A DNA stretch of 64,000 nt from Elusimicrobia bacterium GWA2_69_24 (GTDB lineage Bacteria > Elusimicrobiota > Elusimicrobia > UBA1565), in the NCBI GenBank assembly GCA_001799695.1, contig MGTY01000063.1, forward strand, positions 23,255-87,254, given 5' to 3'. Position 1 is the stretch's first letter. Each line of letters opens with the position of its first letter. This document shows positions 1 to 10,182 of this stretch, piece after piece. The notes beneath the pieces were generated by a model. The model searched no databases and was not told the DNA's origin. It worked only from the letters and a program-made list of their open reading frames with translations. A program made the translations under genes and the position numbers.

Positions 1-421
1 CCAAGCGCGCGGCTTTCAAGAGGTCATGCCGCTCATGGACATGGATGAGGGGCTGTCCGTGACCGATTCCCACGGCTACACCTGCTATTACAGCGTCCTC
101 TTCATCATCTCGGCCCTGTGCCTCCCTCTCGGCCGGAGGGCCTTCTGCCATCACTTCTGCTGGATGGGGCCGTTCTGCACCTTGGGGACCTGGGTCCAGG
201 GAGCACTGCGCACGCCCTCCCTCCGCCTGCGCGCCGACCGGGACCTCTGCGACGGCTGCGGGGAATGCGACGCGGCCTGCCCCATGAGCCTCGAGGTCGC
301 GGCTCTGGTCAAGAGCCGGCGCCTGCGCCATACCGACTGCGTGCTCTGCGGATCCTGCGTGGACGCCTGCTCCCGCCGCGCCATCGCCTTCGGCTTCGGA
401 AGGCCGGACCCGGTCGGATGA
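1..421 (+). CDS. 4Fe-4S binding membrane protein (NapH/MauN-like polyferredoxin), 5'-partial
   Basis: GRRAFCHHFCWMG motif plus two ferredoxin motifs (CDGCGECDAACP, CVLCGSCVDAC); the frame is open from the window edge. Confidence 0.85.
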   Translation, partial: QARGFQEVMPLMDMDEGLSVTDSHGYTCYYSVLFIISALCLPLGRRAFCHHFCWMGPFCTLGTWVQGALRTPSLRLRADRDLCDGCGECDAACPMSLEVAALVKSRRLRHTDCVLCGSCVDACSRRAIAFGFGRPDPVG

Positions 422-1122
422 CCAAGAACATCGTCATCGGCGCGCTGGCCGTCCTATGCGCCGCGTTCGCCTGGCTCGCGCTCAACAACCGAGCCTGGAT
501 CGGCCGCCTACCCTGCCCGGGCCCCTCGTCCTTCTCCAGGACGGACCAGCGCGGGAACATCATGCGCCTGGCCCGGGAAGTCCAGGCGAAATACGGCGAC
601 GCCCTGCACCTCCCGCCGCCCCTCAAAGCCCAGCCCGATTTCCCGCGCGATTTCGCGGACTTCAAGTTCGTCCGCGTCGTGGTGGTGGCTCCGCAGAACC
701 ATCGCTATTCCGGGTACCATGTGGTCATGGCCAACGACATCGCGATGAAGAGTCCCCCGGACCGGCTGGCCGACGGCTCCAAGATCCTGAAGGTGCAGTT
801 CCCGCTGGTGCGCGACCCCGTGAACAACATCTTCCCGGCGGACCTCGAATCCGTGTTCATCGTGGAGAAGGACTCCCGGAAGTATCCGAAGGAACTGGAA
901 GGGTTCGCCTTCGACATCTTCGATTTCTACCATAAAAAGCGGCTGGTCACGACTCCGGAACTGCAGAAGTGGTGCTTCGAGTGCCATCGCGACCGGGCCG
1001 GGAAGAACTACCTCTTCTCCCCCCTGCACGGGGGGCTCCGCCAAGTCGACATCCCCGCGTGGCCGTCCGCCGGCTTCCCCCTCCTCGAATGGAACAAGCC
1101 CCGCGTAAACGAACTGCCCTAG
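418..1122 (+). CDS. cytochrome P460 family protein
   Basis: ATG at 418 overlaps the upstream stop (ATGA); N-terminal hydrophobic anchor; DGSKILK segment and C-terminal CFECH heme motif followed by YLFS, the layout of the P460 family. Confidence 0.7.
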   Translation: MTKNIVIGALAVLCAAFAWLALNNRAWIGRLPCPGPSSFSRTDQRGNIMRLAREVQAKYGDALHLPPPLKAQPDFPRDFADFKFVRVVVVAPQNHRYSGYHVVMANDIAMKSPPDRLADGSKILKVQFPLVRDPVNNIFPADLESVFIVEKDSRKYPKELEGFAFDIFDFYHKKRLVTTPELQKWCFECHRDRAGKNYLFSPLHGGLRQVDIPAWPSAGFPLLEWNKPRVNELP

Positions 1123-2876
1123 CGGTCCTCCTCGTCTGCCTCGGCCTCGCGGCCCTCGCGGTCTGGGAATCGGCCCGGCGTCTGCGCCCGGCGCCTCCGC
1201 CCCGAGGACCTATCCTGGAATGGGACCGGCCGCCCCTGCCCTTCCGTCTCACCGACGTCTCCCGGGCCGCGGGGATCACCCATGCGCACCGGAAATTCCG
1301 GGCGCACCCCTCGCTGGCGAACATCGCGCCGTGGCTGGTCGCCTATGAGGCCGCCGTGGCCGTCGCGGACGTGGACGGCGACGGCTGGCAGGACATCTAC
1401 CTCACCAGCGGCGAACCGGGATCCCGGAACGCGCTCTACCGCAACAACCATGACGGCACCTTCACCGATATCGCCGGACGCGCCGGGCTCGCGGATGTCA
1501 ATCAGAAGACGGGTTCGGCCCGGCCCCTGTTCTTCGACTACGATAACGACGGGAAGAAGGACCTCCTGCTCACCACCTATCACTGCGCCAAGGTCTTCCA
1601 CAACGAGGGAAACGCCCGGTTCCGCGACGTCACCGCCGCCTCGGGCCTGCGGCACTGCGGCTTCGCTCCGGCGTCCAACGTGCTCGACTACGACGGGGAC
1701 GGCTTCCTGGACGTCATCATCGGGGACTACTTCAAGCCCGTGGACCTGCTCCGCCCCGCGGATTACCGCTTCATGCACCACAGCTACCGCGTCTCGGCCA
1801 ACGGCGGGACCGCCGCCGTGTACCGCAACAACGCGAACGGCACCTTCACGCGGGTGCCGGGCGACCTGGGGATGCGCAAGCCCATGTGGAACCTGGCCAT
1901 CGGGGTCTACGACCTGCGCGGCACGGGCCGGCCCGACCTCCACTTCGCCCTCGACTACGGGCTCGACGCCCTCTACCTCAACGAAGGCGGCGGCCGCTTC
2001 GCGGACGCCAGCGCGGAGCTGTCGGACACCGACAGCATGAGCAGCATGAGCTCGGAATTCGGCGACCCCTTCAACGAGGGGCGCCCCATGCTCTTCGTCT
2101 CCGAGATATACTCCCGTCCCTTCGTCCCCGAGGGGAACATCCTGTGGCGCCGCCGGCCCGACGGCCGGTTCGAGGATGTCGCGGACCGGCTGGGGGTCAA
2201 GGACTGCGGCTGGGCCTGGGGCCCCAAGTTCGTCGACCTCGACAACGACTCGCTCCAGGACCTCGTGGTGACCAACGGCTACGTCTCGGCCAACCGCGGC
2301 AAGGACTACTGGGACCTGCTCTCGGTGTTCGTGCGCGAGGAGGGCCGTGACATGGAGGACTCCCGCGTCTGGCCCGCGATGGCGGACGCCTCCATGGACG
2401 GCTACCAGCAGAAGTGCGTGTTCTGGAACCGCGGCGACCGCTTCGAGAACGTGGTGGCCGGCACCGGGATGAAGCTGGACTTCTCGGACGGCCGGGGACT
2501 GGCCGTCATCGATTACCTCAACGACGGCGGCTCCAGCCTGATAGCCTCCAGCGTCGGCCAGCCCGCCAGGCTTTACCGCGACGAGCCCGCGCGCGGAAAC
2601 GGCTGGATCGGCTTCCGCCTGCGCGGCACCCGGAGCAGCCGCGACGCCTTCGGGGCCGAGGTGACGATACGCCTGCGCGGCGGCCGCACCCTGGGCCGCC
2701 AGCTCCAGCCCGCCAACGGCTTCCAGAGCCAATCCGACGACCGCCTGCATTTCGGGCTCGGCCCCGCGCCCGCCATCGAGTCGGTGACCGTGCGCTGGCC
2801 CTCCGGCGCCCGGCAGGAGCTGGGGACTCCCGCGCCGGGCCGCTATCACGACGTGGTGGAGCCCCGGGGCCCATGA
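1089..2876 (+). CDS. CRTAC1 / ASPIC-UnbV family protein with FG-GAP repeats
   Basis: Multiple DxDxDG repeats (DVDGDGWQD, DYDNDGKKD, DYDGDGFLD) and C-terminal ASPIC/UnbV motif (GFQSQSDDRLHFGLG...VRWPSG); start MEQAPRKR with a TM/signal segment. Confidence 0.9.
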   Translation: MEQAPRKRTALAVLLVCLGLAALAVWESARRLRPAPPPRGPILEWDRPPLPFRLTDVSRAAGITHAHRKFRAHPSLANIAPWLVAYEAAVAVADVDGDGWQDIYLTSGEPGSRNALYRNNHDGTFTDIAGRAGLADVNQKTGSARPLFFDYDNDGKKDLLLTTYHCAKVFHNEGNARFRDVTAASGLRHCGFAPASNVLDYDGDGFLDVIIGDYFKPVDLLRPADYRFMHHSYRVSANGGTAAVYRNNANGTFTRVPGDLGMRKPMWNLAIGVYDLRGTGRPDLHFALDYGLDALYLNEGGGRFADASAELSDTDSMSSMSSEFGDPFNEGRPMLFVSEIYSRPFVPEGNILWRRRPDGRFEDVADRLGVKDCGWAWGPKFVDLDNDSLQDLVVTNGYVSANRGKDYWDLLSVFVREEGRDMEDSRVWPAMADASMDGYQQKCVFWNRGDRFENVVAGTGMKLDFSDGRGLAVIDYLNDGGSSLIASSVGQPARLYRDEPARGNGWIGFRLRGTRSSRDAFGAEVTIRLRGGRTLGRQLQPANGFQSQSDDRLHFGLGPAPAIESVTVRWPSGARQELGTPAPGRYHDVVEPRGP

Positions 2877-4318
2877 TCGAGCGCGCCTTCGTCGAATTCG
2901 TCGTGCCTCCGGACGGCTTGGTCCTGCGCTGGGGGGTCTGGTTGGGCGCGGCCGCCTTCCTGGCCGCGGCCCTGTTCCTGCGCCGCCGGCTGGCCGGCCG
3001 CGACCCGTATCCCGCGCTCCGCCGGCTCTACGCCAACCCCGTCGTCTCCTCCCTGCGCGCGGCCATGGCCGCGGGCTTGATCGCTCTCACGGCCGCCTGC
3101 TGGCTGGGCCCGGCGAGCGCCGGGCTCAACCCCGGCGCGGCCGCCCTCTGGGGCCTATGGTGGCCCGCGCTCGCCTTCCTGCCGTTCCTCGTCGGGCGCG
3201 GCTTCTGCGCCGTCTGTCCGGTCATGGCGCTGGGGACCTGGCGCAGGTCCGTGGGCAGCCTACGGCTGCCCCTGCCCCGGAGCCTCGCCGGGACCGGTTT
3301 CCTGCCCGCCGCCCTGGTCTTCCTGGCCTTCGGCGCCGCCAGCCACCTCTTCCTGATCGAGCAGCGGCCCTGGGCCGCAGCGCGCTTCATCCTGCTCATG
3401 TTCGCCGTGGTCGTCGTCCTGCTCCTCGCGTTCGAGGAATGGGTCTGGTGCTCCCGCCTCTGCCCCGTGGGAGCCATCCAGGCCTCCCTGGCCCGCTTCG
3501 CCTGGCTGCGCTCGTCCCCCAAACCGCCGCCCCAGCTCTGCCGCCTGGGCCTGACCCCGGATTCCCCGGAGCCCCTCTGCAGCTTCTGCGGGGACTGCTG
3601 GAGGGGCCTCGGCCGACCGCCCGCCTTCAGCGTGCGGCCGCCGTTGTCCGCGGGGGACGGAGCGGCCCTATTCCCCGGCGAGCTGCTCCTCATGTCGGTC
3701 TTGCTCGCGCACGTGCTCTTCGAACTGCTGACCACCTGCGACCCGGTCCGCGCCTACCTCCTCCAGATAGAGCGGGCGATGATCGTCTACGTGCCTCTGG
3801 GCGCCCCGCCGCCCTGGACCGCCGGCCTCTCCCTGCAGGCTCTTCTGGCCGGGGGCACCCTGCTCGCCGCGGCCGCGGTGGCGGGGCTGCGGCCCCTCCT
3901 GGCCCATGCCTTCAACGCCGAATCGGCGCGCTTGGCGCCCGGACAGGCCGACCGCTTCGGAGCGGCCCAGCTCCCCCTCATCGCGGCCGCGTACGCCGGC
4001 TTCCACGTCCCCTCCGTCTGGCTCGCGGCGCCGGTCTTGCGGCGCTTCCTCTCCCTGCTGGCGGGGGGCTCCTGGTCGGACCTCCCCCCCCTCCTCGGGG
4101 CGGAGGTCCCCGTGGGGACCTTCCTGGTGCTCCGGCTCTCCTTGCTCGCCTTGGGACTCGGCTCCTCCTGGCGCTCCCTGGGCCGGGTCCGCGACGCCCT
4201 GCCCGGCTCGCCCGAGCTCCAGGAGCGCCTGCGCGCGGAGCGGCTCTACGCGCTCATCCTCGCCGCAGGCCTGGCGCTCCTCTATCTCGCGCCGAACACC
4301 GAGGCGGACCCATGCTGA
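2873..4318 (+). CDS. 4Fe-4S binding polytopic membrane protein
   Basis: ATGA overlap; WGLWWP...GRGFCAVCP, WCSRLCPVG and CSFCGDC motifs; many hydrophobic helices. Confidence 0.75.
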   Translation: MIERAFVEFVVPPDGLVLRWGVWLGAAAFLAAALFLRRRLAGRDPYPALRRLYANPVVSSLRAAMAAGLIALTAACWLGPASAGLNPGAAALWGLWWPALAFLPFLVGRGFCAVCPVMALGTWRRSVGSLRLPLPRSLAGTGFLPAALVFLAFGAASHLFLIEQRPWAAARFILLMFAVVVVLLLAFEEWVWCSRLCPVGAIQASLARFAWLRSSPKPPPQLCRLGLTPDSPEPLCSFCGDCWRGLGRPPAFSVRPPLSAGDGAALFPGELLLMSVLLAHVLFELLTTCDPVRAYLLQIERAMIVYVPLGAPPPWTAGLSLQALLAGGTLLAAAAVAGLRPLLAHAFNAESARLAPGQADRFGAAQLPLIAAAYAGFHVPSVWLAAPVLRRFLSLLAGGSWSDLPPLLGAEVPVGTFLVLRLSLLALGLGSSWRSLGRVRDALPGSPELQERLRAERLYALILAAGLALLYLAPNTEADPC

Positions 4319-5559
4319 AGCGCCCGAGACTCGCCGCCGCCTTCCTCCTGCCCGCCGCCGCGTGCGCCCTGCTCGTGCTGCAGCCGCGGCCGGACCGGGC
4401 GGCCCTCGCGCGCCGGGCCGACGCGGCGTCGGAACTGGGCTGGAGCCGGATGGTGGAGGGCCTCACCCGTCCGGCCCTGACCGGCATCGGCGGCGGCGGC
4501 TGGGTGCGCCTGCGCGACGCGGTCGACGGCCGGACCGTCGAACTCGGCCCGGGGATGTACGTCGAGAGCCAGGTCTACGACCTCGATTGGTTCCTGCGCG
4601 GGATCGCGGACGGCCTGGGGCGTCCCGGCGACGCGGCCCTGGCTTCCGAGGCGGTCGCCATCCTCCTCAAGACCCAGGACCCGGCAGGCGGACATTGGCC
4701 GTGGAGCGACGACGGCTGCGTCCACGAATCCCTGGCCCTGGCGCTGCTGAGCGCGGGACATCGGGCCGAGGCGGAGCGCGCCCTGCGCTGGGCCATGCGC
4801 TGGGCCGAGGCCGGCCACGTCCTCCCGGACGGGACCGTCCTGGAGGTGGAGAGCGCCCATGTCATGAAGTCGTGGGGGCCCAGCCCGGCGCCCCCCGTGC
4901 CGGCCGGGGCCGGCATCCCGCCGCCTCCCCAGCGCATGAAGATCCCCACCGACACGGCTCCCGACGAACTGCCCATGCTCCTGCGCCTGCTGGCCGCCTC
5001 CGGCCAGGAGAGGCGCTATCCGGAGACCGCGCGCCGCCTCCGCCAAGGGCTGGAACGGGCGATCCGGGACTTCGACTACGGCCCGGAGGAGAGCGCCGAT
5101 TTCAAGCGCCTCTTCGGCCTCGTCGACTACGGCGCGGCCGTGCGCGACGGCCTCCTCCCGCGGGACGCCCTCTACGAACAGTCTCTCCGGCACCTCGGCC
5201 ATCTCGCCCGGCGCGAAGCCCGCAAGCGGCCCGAGGACCCCTTGGTGCTCGGGCTCCTGCTCATCGGCGTGGCGGAGACGGAACTGTATCCCGAGATCCC
5301 CGACACCGCCGACCGGCTGGCGGCCGGATTACTGTCCTTGCAGAGCTCGAGCGGGGAATGGGAGATGCCGCCCTTCATCTTCGAGGTGGATTGGGTCTCC
5401 TGGGGCAGGATGCTCCGGGACCTGCTCCCCGGGAAACCCCTGCGCCCACTCGCCTCCGACCGCATCGTCGGACGGCTCGAGAGCCTGCCCACCTACCTGG
5501 CGGCCCGGGCCCTGCGCAGCTACGCGCGCCGGGCCCGCCAGCCCTTGACCGGGAATTGA
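4312..5559 (+). CDS. exported alpha/alpha-barrel protein with prenyltransferase/squalene-cyclase-like QW repeats
   Basis: Signal-like N-terminus; LLKTQDPAGGHW and LLSLQSSSGEW repeats; overlaps the upstream stop. Confidence 0.5.
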   Translation: MLKRPRLAAAFLLPAAACALLVLQPRPDRAALARRADAASELGWSRMVEGLTRPALTGIGGGGWVRLRDAVDGRTVELGPGMYVESQVYDLDWFLRGIADGLGRPGDAALASEAVAILLKTQDPAGGHWPWSDDGCVHESLALALLSAGHRAEAERALRWAMRWAEAGHVLPDGTVLEVESAHVMKSWGPSPAPPVPAGAGIPPPPQRMKIPTDTAPDELPMLLRLLAASGQERRYPETARRLRQGLERAIRDFDYGPEESADFKRLFGLVDYGAAVRDGLLPRDALYEQSLRHLGHLARREARKRPEDPLVLGLLLIGVAETELYPEIPDTADRLAAGLLSLQSSSGEWEMPPFIFEVDWVSWGRMLRDLLPGKPLRPLASDRIVGRLESLPTYLAARALRSYARRARQPLTGN

Positions 5560-5646
5560 GCGCCCTGTGCGCGGTTGTTGAACCCGGCCCGGCATACTGA
5601 GGTTGACCCGGCGGCGCGTTGTGCCGCGGGCGAAGGAGGCAACACC

Positions 5647-6042
5647 ATGCCGCTGAGAGCGATGCGGGGGATTTTGGCCGCGATGACGGCGGCCGTCACG
5701 ATCGCCGCGGTCTCCGTCGGAGTGCGCGCGATGTGCGGTCACTGCGGCGAAGCAGGCGCGAGCGCGGGCAAGGCGGCCCACTCCCACGGAGACAAGACCG
5801 CCGCGCACCAGATGAAGGGCTGTCCATCCCTGGTCGAGGGAGCCGAGGTCAAGGTGACGAACACGGAGAAAGGGGTCATGATCGAGATCACGGCGAAGGA
5901 TCCCAAGGCGATAAAGGATATCCAGTCCGCGGCCGCCCGCATGACGATGGCGGGCGCTTGTCCGCATTGCGGGATCAAGGGCAAGGCGGACGACAAGGGA
6001 GCGAAGAAGGGAACTCCGGCGAACGGACCGGGACGGCAGTAA
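5647..6042 (+). CDS. small exported Cys/His-rich hypothetical protein
   Basis: GGAGG RBS; signal peptide; CGHC, HSH and CPHC motifs. Confidence 0.6.
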   Translation: MPLRAMRGILAAMTAAVTIAAVSVGVRAMCGHCGEAGASAGKAAHSHGDKTAAHQMKGCPSLVEGAEVKVTNTEKGVMIEITAKDPKAIKDIQSAAARMTMAGACPHCGIKGKADDKGAKKGTPANGPGRQ

Positions 6043-6052
6043 CCGGGGCCCG

Positions 6053-6814
6053 TCAGCGTCCCATCTGCAGCGACCGGAAGGCGATCGACGGGTACAGCGC
6101 CTCGACGGCGGAACAGTATTTCGAGTACCTCCGCTCCTCCAGCCCGAGTCCGGCGCAGGACTCCGCCAGCCATGACGGCATGGCGCAGGGGAGCTTGATC
6201 TCCAGGACCGCGATCCCGGAGGGCAGGAAGACGCGGCCGTCCTCCGGACGGCCGCCCGGGTAGGCGGCCGGGCCCGAGGCGCGCAGGTTCGTGTCGATGG
6301 TGACTCGGAGGGAAGGCTTCAGCCGGGACACGAAAGCGACCCGTCCATACGTCACCCGGCAGACGGGATACAGCGGTCTGCGGTTGACGAATCCGCTGGG
6401 ATCCCGGTCGGAGGGGACGCCCTGGAGGCGACGCTCGGGCAGATGGAGCGGCGCCTGCAGCGAGCCGGCGGGCCAGCGGGAGTGGGTGTAGCGCGTGCGG
6501 AGCTTGTGGATGCGGTCCCCGACGCGCCGCTTGACCTCCAGGAAGACCGGGGAGTCCGGCTCGCAGCCGCCCGCGCCCCAGGCGCCGTAGAATCGGGCGC
6601 GCACCTTGAACCGGGGGTCGACCCCGTCGATCTTCTCATGATAAGAATCGAAGCTGTCCGAATCGTAATAGACCGAGTTCACGAGATAGCCCTCGGGGCC
6701 CGAATGGGGATCGGGGACGCACGCGTCCGCGATGCGGGCCGTGAACGCCGCCGCGGTCCGATGCGGAACCAGGTACTTGCACTCCCGCCGCGGGAGCGGA
6801 GTCAGCGGACCCAC
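6053..6814 (-). CDS. VTC domain (polyphosphate polymerase-like) protein
   Basis: RRECKYLV, SVYYD, RFKVRARFYG, LEVK, LRVTID, VLEIK and SKYC motifs; GTG start inferred at 6814. Confidence 0.85.
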   Translation of the reverse strand: MGPLTPLPRRECKYLVPHRTAAAFTARIADACVPDPHSGPEGYLVNSVYYDSDSFDSYHEKIDGVDPRFKVRARFYGAWGAGGCEPDSPVFLEVKRRVGDRIHKLRTRYTHSRWPAGSLQAPLHLPERRLQGVPSDRDPSGFVNRRPLYPVCRVTYGRVAFVSRLKPSLRVTIDTNLRASGPAAYPGGRPEDGRVFLPSGIAVLEIKLPCAMPSWLAESCAGLGLEERRYSKYCSAVEALYPSIAFRSLQMGR

Positions 6815-9438
6815 GCCGGCCTCCCTTGGGACTCCAGGAAGAGGGCCTTGCCCTTGCGCGCGGCGGGAGCCGCCCCGCCCGCGGCGGAGAGGATGCGGCT
6901 CCGCGGGTCTCCCAGGACGTCGGCTTCCCGCGAATGCAGGAACGCCGCGTCGTCGAGCCAGGCTTCTCCCCCGCGCTCCCAGCGCCAGTCCTTCATCGCG
7001 GCGTCCAAGCCGACGCCGCAGTCCTCCAGACGCACGCCCAGCAGGGCGACCCGGCCGGCGTCCTCTACGGCGACCCCCTTCCCGGCCCGGGTGATCCGGG
7101 ACGTCTTGACCACCGCCGTCGCCCCCTTCCCGACCCGGAGGCACGGCCCGCCGCAATCCTCGAAGCGGGAATCCGCGATCGTCGCGCTGCCGGACTCCAG
7201 CCCGAAGCCGTCGCCGCCGTTGCTTCTGAAGATGCTGCCGGAGACCGAGCCGTGGGAAGCCTCCCAGCGCATCCCTCCGGAGGCGGACCGCTCGAAGACG
7301 GTCCCGGAGACGGAGACCGAGGACAGGGCGATGTGGACGGCTCCCGGTCCGGCCGCGTTGGAGCCGAACCGGCTCCGCCGGATGATCACCCGGTCCACTT
7401 CGGAGAGCGTCAGCATCCCCGGGAACCGCTGGGCGTAGCGCCGGCTGCCGGCGCCTCCTTCCATATCGAGGTGCAGGATCGCGGCCTCCCGCACCCCGGA
7501 CCCCCACGCCGCCACCGTCCCGAAGGGGCGGTCGGGGACCAAGGGACGGATGCGGACGGGGCTCCCCTCCGTGCCCTCGATCCGGAGCGGGCCCCGCACC
7601 AGGAGGTCGACCCGCGGGCCCAGCAGCAGGGTCGTCCCCGCCCGGATCGTGACGGGCTGGCCGGGCGCATGGAGCCGGGTGGAGGACAGGACCACCCGGC
7701 CGGGCCCGAACACGACCGGCTCATGGTCCGGCGGCGGGAACCGGTCCGGGGGCAGCCCCGCCTCGCGGCGCAGCCGCGCGGCGTGCTCCGCCGGGATCCG
7801 GCCGAGGGGCAGGGGCCGGCCGGTCAACCGGGCGGTGAATCCGTAATCCTCCGGGCGGCCCTCCAGTCGATGGAAGGCATAGGCGGTGCTCCAGCCGCGC
7901 CCGGCAGGCCCGCCCATGCTCGTCAGCAGGATGCGCGAGGCGCCGCTGCGCAGGTCCTTGGCCATGGCGCCCTGGAGTCCCCTGACCACCACCTCGAAGC
8001 CTCCCCCCCAACGGCTCACGACCGCGACCGCCGCGAGGTCCAGCTGGGCGCGGATCCATACGGTGGATTCTTCGATGGAGCGGACCAGCCCTTCGACGTC
8101 GGCGTCCAGAGCCAGGACGCTCACCAGCGAGCGCGACACCGCCTTGTCCACCGCCCCCATGTCCCCCGCATGCAGGTCCGCGCGGGCGGCGGCCCGGATC
8201 TCCTCCCACTTCCGCCGGACCATGCCCGCGGCGCTCTCCTGCGAGCCGAACCCTCGCAGGAGGGCGTCGAGCTCCTCCACGTACAGGGCCACGTTCCGCG
8301 GATCCTCGAGCCAGACCTTGGTAAGGGGGTTCGCGTAATGCAGGACCGGCCGCAGGGTGGTGCCAGTCTCCCGGTACATGTCGTACCCGTTCGCATCCAC
8401 GACGATCGGAGCGAACCGCCCGGAGGCGGAGTCCAGCCAGAGGGCTAGGTTGTGCACGCTCATGTGCGTGCTGCCCGCGTGGCAGAGGACCGCCAGGCAG
8501 CGGGCGAAGGCCTTCCGGTCGACGAGCTCGTTGAGCCGTTCCTGGCGGGCGGGCGAGGGCTTCTGCAGGATGGTCTCGATGAGCGTCTGGAGGTCGGCCC
8601 GCGCCGCCTCCGGGCGGCCGCTGGTGGAGATCTCCCACGTCCGGGCGTCCGCGAACACCGCCTTGCGCCGGCGGAGCATGGGTCCCGTCCCGTCCTCGAG
8701 GCGGAAAAGGCTCCCCGGGCGGCCGACGCCCCGCGCGACCAGCAGGTCGTCCAGGCGCCATTGCCGGGTATAGAGCCCGAAGTATCTCCGGTTGATGAAG
8801 AGGCGGACGAAGTGCTCGCCGACGTTCAGCAGCCCCCAGCGCCGGCTGAGCTCCACGCTCAGCCAATTACGCAGGGCGGTGGCGTCTTCCGGCGCCGTCA
8901 GGATGTGGTCGCGGTAGCCCGAGGCCAGACGGGACTTCGGAAAACGGATGCGCAGCGAGGGCTTCCAGGCTTGGTGGTGCCAGTTGTTGGTCCCCCGGTA
9001 GCCGATCCGGACGGGGATGGCGGCGCCGGATTCGGACTCGAGGGTCCCGTACACCGCGGGCTTCCGGGGCAGCAGCCCGAGGCCGAAGGGCAGGATGTCA
9101 TGGTTCAGCCGGTACAGTCCGTCGCGCCTCAGCCAGAGGCGGACCGAGGGGACGGCGGCGTCGCGGCTGGGCAGGGGGCCGGCGAAGAGCACGTTGGAGA
9201 AGGCCGCCAGGTTGTCGGAGACGACCTTGGGATGGAGGATGAGGCGGGACCAGGGCCGCAGAGGGATCCCGGTCCAGTCGCCCAGGGCCCGGTTGAGCAG
9301 GGGAGTGTACAGGGTCAAGGCGCTCAGGACGACCGCGATTAACGCTCCCAGGGCGAGGCCGGCGGCGGCCAGGGACGCCGGATCGACGGCCCGCGACCGG
9401 CCGCCCCTGGAGATAAGGCTAGGGGATATCCACGGCAT
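6802..9438 (-). CDS. CotH kinase family protein with C-terminal right-handed beta-helix
   Basis: YRGTNNWH, KPSLRI, FVRLFINRRYFGLY, HNL and D motifs; pectin-lyase-like repeats in the C-terminal third. Confidence 0.8.
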   Translation of the reverse strand: MPWISPSLISRGGRSRAVDPASLAAAGLALGALIAVVLSALTLYTPLLNRALGDWTGIPLRPWSRLILHPKVVSDNLAAFSNVLFAGPLPSRDAAVPSVRLWLRRDGLYRLNHDILPFGLGLLPRKPAVYGTLESESGAAIPVRIGYRGTNNWHHQAWKPSLRIRFPKSRLASGYRDHILTAPEDATALRNWLSVELSRRWGLLNVGEHFVRLFINRRYFGLYTRQWRLDDLLVARGVGRPGSLFRLEDGTGPMLRRRKAVFADARTWEISTSGRPEAARADLQTLIETILQKPSPARQERLNELVDRKAFARCLAVLCHAGSTHMSVHNLALWLDSASGRFAPIVVDANGYDMYRETGTTLRPVLHYANPLTKVWLEDPRNVALYVEELDALLRGFGSQESAAGMVRRKWEEIRAAARADLHAGDMGAVDKAVSRSLVSVLALDADVEGLVRSIEESTVWIRAQLDLAAVAVVSRWGGGFEVVVRGLQGAMAKDLRSGASRILLTSMGGPAGRGWSTAYAFHRLEGRPEDYGFTARLTGRPLPLGRIPAEHAARLRREAGLPPDRFPPPDHEPVVFGPGRVVLSSTRLHAPGQPVTIRAGTTLLLGPRVDLLVRGPLRIEGTEGSPVRIRPLVPDRPFGTVAAWGSGVREAAILHLDMEGGAGSRRYAQRFPGMLTLSEVDRVIIRRSRFGSNAAGPGAVHIALSSVSVSGTVFERSASGGMRWEASHGSVSGSIFRSNGGDGFGLESGSATIADSRFEDCGGPCLRVGKGATAVVKTSRITRAGKGVAVEDAGRVALLGVRLEDCGVGLDAAMKDWRWERGGEAWLDDAAFLHSREADVLGDPRSRILSAAGGAAPAARKGKALFLESQGRPAWVR

Positions 9439-10120
9439 GGCGGACGACCCGATACGAGACTCCGAGGTTATCGTTGAGCCGGGCCACGGAATCCAGGATC
9501 CGCCGTTCCGTCACGCCGCGGCGCGGCCGCACGGAATACACGACTTCCCGGACCGCGCCGGCCTGCACCGTCTCGACGTAGGCGAGGCTGAAGGCTTCGA
9601 AGAGCTCTCCGAGAAGCGGCCGCAGGGCGGCCTCGTAATCGACGTCGAGCCGGAACCGCACGGACAGGAGCACCTCCCGGCTCTCGGGGTAGGGGGCGAA
9701 ATCGAACGCATGCATGAGGTAGACGGCCAGGAGGATCAAGCACGTCCCGACCGCGCTCATCGCGAAGAACCCGGTCCCGCAGCCCATCCCGATCGAGATG
9801 GCGAAGAACACGAACGCGACGTCCAGGGGCGATTTGATCGCCGTCCGGAACCGGATGATCGAGAGCGCCCCCACCAGCGAGAACGCCCGGGCGATGTCGC
9901 TGCCGATGATGGTCATGATGAAGGCGGTCACCATGCCGATCAGGACGAACGTATGGACGAGCGGCTGGGAGTAGGACGACCTCGAGCTGATCCGGCGGTA
10001 CATCAGGCCGATGAGAAGGGACAGGGCGGCGCTCAGGGTCAGCCCGACGATGACCTGCCAGACGGATACCACGGAGGTGAGGCTCTCGGGCAGGCGCAGG
10101 GTCTTGACCAGTTCGTCCAT
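9419..10120 (-). CDS. DUF4956 domain membrane protein
   Basis: IARAFSLVGALSIIRFRTAIK signature; GGAG RBS. Confidence 0.9.
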   Translation of the reverse strand: MDELVKTLRLPESLTSVVSVWQVIVGLTLSAALSLLIGLMYRRISSRSSYSQPLVHTFVLIGMVTAFIMTIIGSDIARAFSLVGALSIIRFRTAIKSPLDVAFVFFAISIGMGCGTGFFAMSAVGTCLILLAVYLMHAFDFAPYPESREVLLSVRFRLDVDYEAALRPLLGELFEAFSLAYVETVQAGAVREVVYSVRPRRGVTERRILDSVARLNDNLGVSYRVVRHAVDIP

Positions 10121-10182
10121 GGCTCCGGCTCAGCGGCCGGCTGGGAAGTGTATTAAATTCACCGGCCCGATTGCTGGCCGGC

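Noticed and set aside
1089-2876. Enediyne cluster suggested by the UnbV domain plus B12 radical SAM genes
   Set aside because: No enediyne PKS, thioesterase or UnbU-like gene in the window, and ASPIC-UnbV proteins are widespread; sequence outside the window cannot be excluded.
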